64,000 nt of DNA from Antedon mediterranea (taxonomy: Eukaryota > Animalia > Echinodermata): contig NC_092674.1 of NCBI RefSeq assembly GCF_964355755.1, forward strand, positions 9,424,001 through 9,488,000, given 5' to 3'. A model generated the notes under the pieces. That model had not been told where the DNA came from. It saw only the letters and a program-made list of their open reading frames with translations, and ran no database searches. Numbering within the stretch: position 1 is the first letter of the stretch; the number at the start of each line of letters is the position of its first letter. Below, piece by piece: positions 28,515 to 40,538 of this stretch. The position numbers were made by a program, and so were the translations under genes.

Positions 28515-28654
28515 TTTGTATTGCATTAAAATATATATTGAATTTGTTGATTTTTATGGTTGATGGTAACCAAACAGATGCTATTCAAATCTCAATTGAC
28601 CTTTTGGTTGTTCTGAAAAGAACAGTTTGTTTTGGGTATTGCAGTATTGCAGAT

Positions 28655-29774
28655 TTACATATTGAAACCTTCAAAATAAAAATTGTCCTCCATTCCAGGG
28701 GGTGGAAAATGGGCTCTTATACATGCCACTGCACATGAGGGCAGAACAACTCTTAAGTTTCTTCCAAGAAAGCCCCAACACCATCTCGCCAGTTGCCTGT
28801 AAGCCACATGCCTTCTACGTTTGTGCTCTGGGCCATCAAATGCAGCATCATATTGTTGCCGGTATTGAAGCCATGCTATTTCAAGTACATGCACATTTAA
28901 GCATGCTGCGACAAATCCAGGATGGTTGGTGATGCATGTATATCGCTCAGCATTGTACATTGTTTCCCCTTCATCCAGTCTACATTCCATTGATGGGATT
29001 TCCTGGCAGCACTTGCACTCACGATATGTTTGTTGTATCTGGCAATGGCCACACTTGCACCTTGAAAACAGTTTCAATACAATAATATATAGGCCTAATG
29101 ACGTGTCCCCACCTGAACTATTATACTTGTATTATATATATATTTGTTATTAATTAATAACAAGCTGTACCTTACGTCATGAGCATTAATTATATTTATT
29201 ATTAATTATGCACAGAGTTTACTACAATTTAGCCTAGCTTTTTTCATACCACTGCATGCACTGATGGGTTAAGAACGAATTAATCACCTACTACTAGGCC
29301 TAGCTAGAGCCTAGGCCTACTACTACTATAGGCCCTAGTACTACTAGCCTAGCCTAGCACCTTTCACTTTAATTAGTAAATCGACACAAAAGCAACTTCA
29401 GTTTTACTAATTATTTTATTGCGTTTAAAAACACGATAATAATGTGCTATATAACTGACTGTAACTAACCATTCCAAAGTTTGGGTCCGTAATTGACCTA
29501 GGCCTAGGGCCATGTTGGTCTGGTCAATTTCGGGACCCTCAATTTCCCCACGACGTCGTTCTTCGCCGACTTCGCGTTGGTCGGCCTCACCTTCAGAATC
29601 GGTGAGATCGGGCTCATACATATAGGGTTGAATCGCCCTATTATTACATTCAATTTCTTGCGTATCGATAACGTCATCTCCTTCATCTTCATCGATTTCG
29701 AATTCACAATGGATCGTTTCCTCTTCAAAATCAGAATCAGAACTGTCGAGATCGTACACAATACGTGTTGACAT
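28655..29774 (-). CDS. KolX accessory protein (acidic N-terminus plus P2X7 C-terminal ballast/nanor-like Cys-rich domain), 2 exons, ~236 aa
   Basis: Exons 29774-29470 and 29060-28655 (GT..AG, phase 2, 711 nt). Motifs WCKCGHC..ECKCCQE..CITNHPGF..CL..RHVAYRQ..WCWGFLG..RVVLPSCAV..IRAHFP. Confidence 0.88.
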
Positions 29775-29837
29775 CTTGCAGTTATTTTTTTATACACAGT
29801 TTGTGCACTAAATGCGTCGCGACACCAGGGGCGCCAG

Positions 29838-30813
29838 TATGGAAAGCCAAACCCGCCAAAAATACATAATACATACCATCCACCAATAATTAATTCGTAC
29901 AAAATTCAAACCATCCAATATTATCTCATGCAGTTCAATGAAAACTTAAACCATTCACCTAGTATCTACACCATCCAATACAATGTGTGACCATCTACCA
30001 CTAGCCCAAACGACAATACGCCGAACAAACTACCCATAACACAAACCATCTAAAGAATGTTGAGCCCAGGCAGCAATAATTGAATTAATCTAACGTTAAT
30101 ACAAGTATATATTAGCCAACTCATTTATCAAAATTTCATGTAGTTCATGAACATTTCAAACAAAGCATCTTAATTTTAGTTCATCGAATTATAATTCTAA
30201 TTCATTGCCTGTTTTATACACCGTTCGTCTGTTCAACAGTTTAAACAACTGTTTTGCACACGATACGCCCGTTCGTGAGTTCAAACCATGATATTTGAAG
30301 CATCGACTTTCCAAACAGCGATTTTTCGCACCGAACGTATTTTCTTGAGTTAAAGTGGTTGCATTTCAATCACTTACTTTTGATTGGCCAGTATTACACA
30401 CCGTTCGCTTGTTCGTGATTTCAAACCATGATATTTGAAGCATCGACTTTCCAAACGGCGATTTTTCGCACCGAACGTATTTTCTTGAGTTAAAGTGGTT
30501 GCATTTCAATCACCTACTTTCGATTGGCCAGTATTACACACCGTTCGCTTGTTCGTGATTTCATGTGATAACATTTCATTCGACAACTTTTCAAACGTTA
30601 GTTTTTGACTCTGCTTATACGTATATGTCAGTTGATATACTATCTTTTAATTTTCATACTTTCCATAATCAGTTTTGTACATCATTCGCATTTACGCATG
30701 TAAAGTGTACATATTCCACTCGACAAGTTTTAAACGGTAGTTGTTCGCACATTTATTGTTTTATTGTTAAATTGTAACTGTTGGCGCCGATTTAATATTG
30801 AGGGGCGGGGGGT
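29838..30813 (+). repeat. Left long TIR of the IS3EU element, with an internal 140-bp tandem duplication
   Basis: Near-identical reverse complement of ~39526-40497. TCAAACCATGATATTTGAAG recurs at 30281 and 30421 (period 140, about 2 copies, ~30271-30562). Confidence 0.93.
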
Positions 30814-31705
30814 GAATGTCAACTAATACGACTGTATGACACTTACTTAGGCCTACGTTACACACACAAGTCAGGGAGTTGTAAACTAATTTATAAATTT
30901 ATTTTACATCTCCCTGGTTACACACATTATCACAAACTTAAATAATGAAAAAAAAACCAGAATGAAATAATATAATTTAGCTTGTGGGCCTGTTACAATT
31001 TTACGCCCCACAACTAGGCCCGGGGTAACACCCACCTCACCCGCCTGTAGGGGAGAGAGAGAGAGCTGGTGTTGTGCTTCTCTCTCCCCCTGTGCGGCGG
31101 CTGCTAGGATGAGGCCGGCCTAGACCTAGAGCCATTTTCTGCTCTGTGCTCTCTATATGATGCATAAATTAACTGTTGTTGAGAAGCTTCCATTTGTTTA
31201 CGGGGTAGGCCTATTTTTTTGAAATAATGACATTCATTATGTTTTATAGACTATAGTGGAGACGTAATTAATAAATATCCGAATAAACATATTTTACGAA
31301 TATTTATCATGGATTAAATAAAAACATGTGTATTTGTTATTAAATCATAATTATTTGTTATTCATCATGCATTAAATAACCCAACGCTGTTATGGATGGG
31401 GGCTATTCAACTGCGTAGTTCGTCATTTTTCACACATTGATGCTGATTGAATTGATTCAGCTCAGGAAGACCAAAAAGGTACGTACCGTACGTATACTGA
31501 TGATAGGTAGATAATAAATATAATAATGTTTAATAGTGTTTTCCTGTTTTATTATTATTATTATTTTAAATTCTGTGTTTTATCGATTTTGTAGGTGAAA
31601 TTGATGATGGTTTAAGTTATTGTTATACTTTTCTGTATAGATAGGCCTAGCAGGCTAGGCATATAGGCCTAGCCTAGGCCCTACTAGGCCTACTTACAAT
31701 ACTAA

Positions 31706-32585
31706 TGTTATGCGCGATTTGAACGATTTGCGCAATTTGAAATTGCGCAAAAAAAATCCTTGCGCAATTTGAATTGAAACATGTGTTTCAAATTGCGCAA
31801 GCAACGTATTAAATTGCGCAAGTAATCTGCAAATTGCGCAAGGTTTTTCGACAGATTGTGAAATCATGCACACCCATATTTTTATAGTAATTTCTAAGAA
31901 TGATTCAAAATTAAAGATAAATATCGCATTTCCTTATTTTAGTAGTGCAAATATTGTTATAAGTTAGCATACCGTCGAAGAACCGACGAAGGAAAACGAA
32001 GCGGTGGTGTTCCACCAGGCGGGCGTGGCGCGGGCGGCCGGCTATACTACTCTAGCCTAGCTAGGGTCTGGACTACTGATACTGACTAGGTTACATGGCC
32101 TAGCTTAAACTAATATTAAAAACTTAATTTTTACATTTATTTTGATTTATTTCAAGTTACAGTGATAATATTATTTAATTGTAATAATAAATGTTATGTA
32201 TTTATTATACACATGTTATCTTCGCATTTATTATGTTTTATTTTGAGTTATTTAGTTTCCAATAAATTATTATAATACCGATTGTCTGGTAGAATTTTGT
32301 TGCGCAATTTGAAAATTTACAGTTCGTTTTCAAATTGCGCAAAGGTGTCATTTTGCGCAAGAACTATCTTGCGCAATTTACAAATTGTGCAGCGCAATTT
32401 AAAATTGCGCAAAGATTTTCTTGCGCAATTTGAAATTGCGCAAGTTGATTGCGCAATTTGAAATTGCGCAAAAAAATCCTTGCGCAATTTTAAATTGCGC
32501 AAGAATTCTTTGCGCAATTTGAAATTGCGCAAGGATTTTTTTGCGCAATTTCAAATTGCGCAAATCGTTCAAATCGCGCATAACA
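31706..32585. mobile_element. Non-autonomous Ginger-like MITE (880 bp), innermost layer of the nest
   Basis: TIRs TGTTATGCGCGATTTGAACGATTTGCGCAATTTGAAATTGCGC..; TGT..ACA termini; 4-bp TSD CTAA (31702-05, 32586-89); subterminal arrays of TTGCGCAA. Confidence 0.82.
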
Positions 32586-33041
32586 CTAATACTAGGCATA
32601 GGCCTAATAATTATTAATATTGGAATTATTATCATTATTTTATAAAAAGCTACAATTAGTGCCATGAGTGGTGACCAGGATTGGAACCTGGATTTTGTAG
32701 CTGAAATTACTAATTATAGGAATTATCCAGCTAGGCCTAGGCCTATAATATAATATTATTACACATACTTATATTAAATTATATATAAACCTCCGATTGT
32801 GCGTAGACCGATATTTTAATCAATGGTTGTATTTATTAATAATATTAATAATAGTACAGAAGCCTACCACTGAACAATTATTTTTTATTTTGCCAAATAA
32901 CTCTAAACCATATAGGCCTAGGCTCTAGGAATAATATTGATTTTCTAGTATATAAACTTAAAATGTGATAAATTAACGTGAAATTGTGAAAAAGTGTAAA
33001 TACAAGTTGTATGGACTCATTCGTTTCAGGTATCATCCAGT

Positions 33042-35665
33042 ATGTCAGATGATTTACGTAGTGTTTTGCAGGTGCTGCAGGGGTTAGCAAATTCTATCAC
33101 AAACACTCCTTCGTCTGCTACCATTTCCAATAGTAGTAGTGAGCTTAGTACTACTACAACCACTAGTCATGCTGCTAGTACTAGTAGGCCTAGTAGTAGA
33201 TCTACGTTGAGTTCCAGTGCTAGCACCAGCAGTACGCCTAGCAGAGACCGAAGTATTGCGAGTGAACACAGACGACTGTTCAATCGAAATTATGTAAGTT
33301 GCATCATGTTACTAAACCCCCTTCTTCTTGGCACCCGAATCGTTTACTATTGTACCGATAGATAGCTTATTAAGTGGCTCCGCGCCTGTACCAATCCAGT
33401 TTAAATAATTTTCAATACAATGGTGCCACATTTTAACATGTTGTCCATCACATTTTTATTAATTTTGTTGGAGACTTACCTGGCCGTTCAGTAAAACATC
33501 ATATATTTTTTGTATTACAAGTAAAATTAACATTTTGAACGAGTTTTTATCACTGTGTACATATAATATTATTTCAGAGACAAACCCCATATAACAGGGG
33601 TCATAGCAACAACAGTACCAGTAGTAAACCATCTGGAAAAGGTACGATGGTAATTGTTTTATCGCATCAATTTTAATTGTATTTTCACAATGAGAGTTTA
33701 GAAGCTGTCGTGTGTAATGTATTTAGGTCGGTACAGTTATTACGTCATGTTATAGTTGAGTTCGGATAATACTGCCAATCAGGTTTATTGGTGTATGTTT
33801 TTTATATAAAGTTGAAATGTTAACAGTTTTATTAAACATATAATAAAAAGAATAACGATGTTATGTATTTCCTAACATATCTGTATATTTGCTAACCTCC
33901 AACAATTAGCCCATGTAACAAAATTTGCTATTTAACCAAAAAACATGCCTAATAATAATACAAGGAGGTCTTATCTTCTTAATTGACCGAAATGATTATT
34001 AATAAAAGATGGTTTTTATAAGATGTTTTATCCTTTTTTAGGAAGAACATTGACAAGATTTTTAGTATGCCTCATGGAACACAAAATGGAAACTGTTCCT
34101 ACTGTAGCCCAACGTCGAAAACTGAAAGATAACGGCTATGGCGAGAAGAAAACAATTGTTTTCACCAAATTGGTTCCTAATAGCCTTATACCGTATGTTT
34201 TATTTTGTTTCTTTTTACTAGTACGGTACTGTTATAATGATTTAATGTATTTAAAAATGGTTATCTTTTAACAGCTATGAGTATCGTCCAGAATGGCAAA
34301 TTGCCACAATTCATGCACAGTGACCTTATCGACGAACTCGTCAACAGCAGTGCTCCTTCTGAGTGCATAACCAATTTAAGAAAGGGACTCGCAAAGTTGG
34401 GGATATATTCAGGTATGTCGTACAGTACTGCTACAATATACATATACAGAGCGCAAAACCAGTTACTGCCAGTTTAAGCTTCTGATCCATATCTTTAAAT
34501 AAGTAACTAAAACACAATGATATGCATACGTCAGATCCAATCACTATAATGCTTCATCTCTGCTCGAAACAATAATGTAATGCGTTCAATGATCAACTGA
34601 AAATTGTAAATTCAATTCACTTGTCTACCATTTTATCTAATTATTTTCTATAGCTTTGTTGTCACATACCAACATTTGTTCATCTTTTTCGACCCAGCCC
34701 TGCAGCACTATTATCTGTAAAAAAGATGAAAGAATTGTTGAAGCCATCTTTTAAAGGCAGCGATGGCTCAAACACTAAGATATTTGAAAGTTCTGTATAT
34801 GCCCAATTTCTGGACTACGTCAGAGAGGTTGCTAGTAAGTTATAAGTTATAGAAAAACACAGACTGTCTGTTCGTATATTTTCCTTTTTCTGCCCTACTG
34901 TAGCATAATGCAATCCATTATTTGTTTAAACCCTTATTTTAACCGGTGGCCATGCCCTAAAGTTCTCAAGCTTATTTTGGCTTCCACACACTTACCCTTT
35001 TTTATTTATGTGTATTTCTGAAGTCACTTTTCGTTTAGTACAATTTAACTTTAAGTTTATTATGTGTGGAAAACAATAAACAAACAATAAAGGAATATTG
35101 CATTGAGCACACTTGTAGTGGATGTGTCCGCTATACAAGTGAAGTATTTGTTGTTGCCGTCGCAAACCATATAATAACAGTGTCTAAAATGGCAAAAAAG
35201 AGCAATAACCGTAACATACCAAAATAAATTCGCTTTACTCCGACATTTTTCAAATTTTCTTAAACCTCATTACTTTTAATTCATATCAGAACATGCAGTG
35301 TTAAAACTATTCAAAGCATTTAAGCCAAGTCACTTACTGATGCGATGGCTAAAAGGGTTTTGTTATGACTTGATTTGTTTTGACTTTTACCTCTCTTTTT
35401 CATAGGTGGTAGAAGAGGTCACCTGACGCTTGGTCATCTGTTGCAGTTTGTGACCGGAACGGATGAAGAACCAGTGTTGGGTTTTGTTCTCCATCCACAA
35501 ATAGTATTTACAGAAACAGCAGGTTCTTTTCTCCCGTCTGCCAACACGTGTATTAACAGTATGCAACTTCCACGGCCAGGTTTAACATGCAGTCTGCCGC
35601 CAAAAGACACACTGTTCAATATGTATGATTTGGCATTTTCTCAACAGTTTTTTGGTAATGTGTAG
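33042..35665 (+). pseudogene. IS3EU second gene: HECT E3-ligase-like (G2E3-like) protein, probably internally deleted and frameshifted
   Basis: Exons 33042-33293, 33578-33641, 34042-~34160, 34275-34412, 34654-34834, 35406-35665. The last exon reads LLQFVTG..PSANTC..LP..FFGNV*, with the HECT catalytic Cys motif and -4 Phe. Phase conflicts at ~34160/34275 and 34412/34654. Confidence 0.7.
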
Positions 35666-36468
35666 ACCTAAGTGGGTCAGAACAAAGCAAGTGACATACT
35701 TTAAATAAAGTTTTCTACTGTAGATATGGGTTGGTTCAATCACAGAGCAAAATCCATAATGCTTCAATTTAGGACATGGAGAGTGGATAGAGGAGGTGAC
35801 CGTTGAGAAAGAGTGGTGGTAATTTGTATTTACATAACGGAAAGATATATGACAGAAGAAGATGAGCGATGGTTGAAAGGGTTGTTATGAGCTAATACGT
35901 TTTCATATTATTTCCGTTTTAAACATTAGGCATACCAGTTCTTAAACCCCCTGTACAGGGTAGATCTAAATAAATGAAATATAATATTTGATTCTAAACA
36001 TTTTAGTGTCGGCAGTTCTTGAAACATTAAGTACAACATTATTTTCAACAAACATATTTAGTTTACACATCAGTAGAAAAAATGTTAAAGCAAATCATAT
36101 GTTGACTTCGGTATTGATTTTAGGACATATAATAACCTTTTCAATTTAATGGCAATAAACGTTTTTCTTTAACAATTAAAGAAACTTGTTGTTAATTAAC
36201 AATTAAGGCAGTCATTAAATACACCAATCAGTAAAATTGTGCAACATGCTCTCTCTCTCTCTATCCCCAATCTACACAGCTATTTTTAGGCCTATATAAT
36301 TAACTAATAAAAACATTAACATTCATTTGAGAATAAGTTGTTTTTCAAAACAATCGATATTCACACAGCCTGATTTCCAATACTAAAGTGTAAATGCCAA
36401 CCAAATTATTAATATATGCATTATGATAATTTTCTATTTTAAACATTCACAATAGTCATTATTACTCA

Positions 36469-39274
36469 TCAAAATTCAGAAACAATATCTAAGCCTCGTA
36501 AATAAGGAGTTGCATCCCAAATATCAACTGCATTATTTAGCGCATTGTCTATTTCATCCTTAAATAAAGAGAGTTGTTCATCATTCATTGGACAGGCAGT
36601 GTCAGGGACAACTATACCATCATTTTCTTCTGGAAGGGGTGAGTTTGGATCTATACCATACTGCTGAACACTTTCCTACAATAAGCCAAAATAATGAAAG
36701 AAGATTAGGTAGATCATACAAGACACGGTAAAATTAAAATGTGTACGGTAACGGCTAACTATACAAGTAGTTTCTCACGTATAATGTGTGTGTCGGGGAG
36801 ACTATTTTTAAAACAGTTTTTGTTACAGGTTTATAATAAAGTAGTTGTTACGACAAACAAATTATACGAACATCCGTTCGCCTTACATTCTAAATCCAAG
36901 AATACCGTATAAAATGAAGGTTTTATTTATTACTTTAATTTATACAACTCCACGTTACCTCTGGTATGGCTTCAAAGTACTCAGACGCTATGATGCTTGC
37001 ATCGGATGCAATATTTTGTATACCCATTATGAACAATTGATTTGGGGTTTTGTTGTGCTCGGTCCGCAGTTTGTGGTTGTTCCACATCAGTTGGAAATCC
37101 ATCAACATACTATTAATAATGGGTACATAAATGAAATGTAAAATAAAAATATGCGCCTCGTTATCTGGGTCCAAACAACCCATGGTTTCCAAACTGCTAA
37201 AGAATGTGCGCCAGGAACATATAACAGCCTCAAATACATCTCTCCACAATCTTTCAATCCTGCTGTTATGAACACTTTTTCCAGTAATAAAACTACCTCT
37301 GCCTGGTCCTCTAGAAGGGTGGTTCAACATTAAGCGAGCCACATCAACATTTTCGATCCCCTTGTCCGCTCTCACCCTCGACGGCAATCCCCATTTTCTG
37401 ACAGCTTCCTGGAAACAAGTTAGAACCGTGCATGCCCTGTTATTTGTACTGAGTTTTAGGTACACTATCGCTCTACTATAACCATCAATACCTCCATGAA
37501 TCACACACCTCCATCTGTAGAATCAAACATACGACAATTATAAAGGAAACTGAAAATACTTTTATGTTATTGTATCATAAAATGTAAATTTCTTACATTT
37601 ACATTATCATTTTTCATATCTGCGTCGGGTTGCCTACGAATCTGTTTTGATCATAACATATCGTAAACGTGTAGACCTACTTTATTAGTTTATGATTCCC
37701 GTCTATGTGCCACAGAGCCAACGGAGATGGCACTGAATAAACTCGTCTGCGTATGCAACGCAGAGACCGCAAATGACGCCCAACGGGATCAACCCTTTTG
37801 ACAGAATCTCGCAATGCTTCTCTTCGTACTCGTATGCCGTCTTTCATCAAATGAGCCTCAATTGACTTAAGTCCTAGTGTTAAGATGAAATGATGAATAA
37901 AGAAAAACAAATAAGCAAACTATGCAAATAGCTACCGCTACAAACAGTGGTACTACTCTCTATCATTTAGAAAGAATCCCATCCCATCAATAAATGATGC
38001 GATCATCGTATCTAACCCAACCTTTCAAAAAATAATCCTTATTTTGTATGCTTATCATGTCGAAGGAGTACTTCTTCTATTCTAAAGTCCGTCGCGTAAC
38101 AAAACAAGCCATTCTGTATATTTTAAATACCTACCTGATCTTGGAAAATTCATGGTTATCATGCCAATACGCGCGTCTAGAAACTCGGAAGAAATATCTG
38201 TGTAGTTTCTTGTTGTCATGTTGTATTCTTGTAGCCTCCTTTCTATCGTTCTTTTACTTACAGAAAACATTTTACTCATGTCCTGAACAGTAAAGTTGTT
38301 GTCTACAAAGTAAATGAAAATAACTGACTATGGAGAGAAGACTGAACGGAAAGTAAAATATTAGGTTTACAAAAACACCAAATTTTGTTCATTATTAATA
38401 CTAAATTGTTATATGGGAATTGGATAATATATTGGCTAGAAAATTCTAAGAAATAATTCAAAGTACTGTACTGTAAGGTAATATTTTCGAGAGAAAAAAG
38501 ACTCTACATGCTTATTATTGCAAGAGCCTCATAATAATTTTTAAAAAAATAATACAGTAGGCCTACCTATCATGCAACCTACCTACCTTTTGTCATGCAA
38601 TATATTAATATTTAAATTACAAAATTTGTTTCACATAAAAGTAAAGGTCGTTAGGCCTACTTTAAATTTGTATTAAACACACTATGTTCGTGCTACTATC
38701 TTACAAAGATGATAAACAACCATGATCAGCCGAGCGTAAAAAACAAAAAATAATTGTTTTTAAGGCTCGGCTGGTTACGACTGTTTGCCACTCTCTTCAA
38801 GAAGAAGATGGCTTCCGTAACACGAATTTAATTTAATGAATGAATTACTTACTTCGATGGTAACCACTTTACCAAAGACAAGAAATAATTAAAGTAGATA
38901 ATGATACATAGGCCTAGGCCCAAAACCTAGGAGGCCTAAAAATAATACGCACCCACAAAGAACTGCAGCTGACTACGCCCGATCACAAATCTTGCCCGTC
39001 CTGGTCTGCCAGTGTGAATCATGGCAGAGTCCGTAGTGGGATGTTCGTCTCCTACCTGGCCTGGGCCAATGACTTCTTCTATCGCTCTTTTACTCGCTAC
39101 AAGATTATCGATTACCTCTAACCGGATATTTTCATGCCCGATTATCGTTTCGATAATAACCTCCAGTCGCATTGGGAGTGGCATTAATAGATTTCTATCA
39201 ATGTTACCATTCACATACTGTTCAAGTGTTTGACAGATTTCTTGCAAAGCAATAGCAATAGGAACATACGCCAT
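36469..39274 (-). CDS. IS3EU DDE transposase (HTH plus integrase core), 5 exons, ~481 aa, apparently intact
   Basis: Exons 39274-38953, 38302-38135, 37873-37681, 37514-36959, 36675-36469; all GT..AG, phases match, 1446 nt. [19 protein letters not shown]; catalytic [28 protein letters not shown]. Confidence 0.9.
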
Positions 39275-39525
39275 GTTAAAGACTTTTGGGAATATGAGAG
39301 GGGACTATACATTTTATTCTAGCTGGAATATTTTTAATGAGTACAATTTCAGGGCATAACATGTCCATTGTTCCTAAAATGTTCTCATCTTACGGTTGTG
39401 GTTGTGGTTGATTTAATATTACACACTACGGGAAAAAAAACCCTTTTTTGAGAGAGTGTAATTTCCGGACATGTAGAGGTACCATATTTAAAAATGTGTA
39501 CTGTTCACATTCAGTACCGAACACC

Positions 39526-40497
39526 TCCCCCCCCCCACCCCAATATAAAATCGGCGCCAACAGTTACAATTAAACAATAAAACAAAAACTACCGTTTTAA
39601 AACTTGTCGAGTGGAATAAATACACTTTAGGCCTACATGCGTAAATGCGAATGATGTACAAAACTGATGTATGGAAAGTATGAAAATTAAAAAATAGTAT
39701 ATCAACTGATATATACGTAAGCGGAGCCAAAAACTAACGTTTGAAAAGTTGTCGAATGAAATGTTATCACATTAAATCACGAACAAGCGAACGGTGTGTA
39801 ATACTGGCCAATCGAAAGTAGGTGATTGAAATGCAACCACTTTAACTCAAGAAAATACGTTCGGTGCGAAAAATCGCCGTTTGGAAAGTCGATGCTTCAA
39901 ATATCATGGTTTGAAATCACGAACAAGCGAACGGTGTGTAATACTGGCCAATCAAAAGTAAGTGATTGAAATGCAACCACTTTAACTCAAGAAAATACGT
40001 TCGGTGCGAAAAATCGCTGTTTGGAAAGTCGATGCTTCAAATATCATGGTTTGAACTCACGAACGGGCGTATCGTGTGCAAAACAGTTGTTTCAACTGTT
40101 GAACAGACGAACGGTGTATAAAACAGGCAATGTATTAGAATTAGAATTCGATGAACTATAATTAAGATGCTTTGTTTGAAATGTTCATGAACTACATGAA
40201 ATGTTGATAAATGAGTTGACTAATATATACTTGTATTAACGTTAGATTAATTCAATTATTGCTGCCTGGGCTCAACATTCTTTAGATGGTTTGTGTTATG
40301 GGTAGTTTGTTCGGCGTATTGTCGTTTGGGCTAGTGATAGATGGTCACACATTATATTGGATGGTGTAGATACTAGGTGAATGGTTTAAGTTTTCATTGA
40401 ACTGCATGAGATAATATTGGATGGTTTGAATTTTGTACGAATTAATTATTGGTGGATGGTATGTATTATGTATTTTTGGCGGGTTTGGCTTTCCATA
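39526..40497 (-). repeat. Right long TIR of the IS3EU element
   Basis: Reverse complement of the left TIR, including the 140-bp duplication. Scattered substitutions increase toward the inner end. Confidence 0.93.
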
Positions 40498-40520
40498 CGC
40501 CAGAGTAGTAGTACAGTGTG

Positions 40521-40538
40521 TTCATCTTATGACGTCAC
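40521..40538 (-). promoter_or_regulatory. CRE-containing 18-bp subterminal motif, original upstream element of KolX
   Basis: TTCATCTTATGACGTCAC, 191 bp inside the right terminus. It sits 80 nt before the KolX ATG once the IS3EU insertion is removed. Confidence 0.6.

Larger units (their letters stand above)
29838..40497 (-). mobile_element. IS3EU-type DNA transposon (10,660 bp) with ~1-kb TIRs and two convergent genes
   Basis: Termini TATGG..CCATA; 6-bp TSD CGCCAG (29832-37, 40498-503); TIRs ~29838-30813 and ~39526-40497; encodes an IS3/integrase-like DDE transposase. Confidence 0.88.

Noticed and set aside
28655-29774. Host P2X7 receptor gene
   Set aside because: No transmembrane or ectodomain exons; it lies inside Kolobok TIRs in the KolX position.
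31706-32585. CRISPR-like repeat array
   Set aside because: Eukaryotic context, no unique spacers of regular length, no cas genes; it is bounded by TIRs and a TSD.
32317-32665. Repetitive ORFs (LRNFKLRK..)
   Set aside because: Translation of the TTGCGCAA array in the MITE arm.
29834-40501. Alternative boundary GTATGG..CCATAC with a 4-bp GCCA TSD
   Set aside because: The 6-bp CGCCAG duplication with TATGG..CCATA ends is also perfect and fits IS3EU and the encoded transposase.
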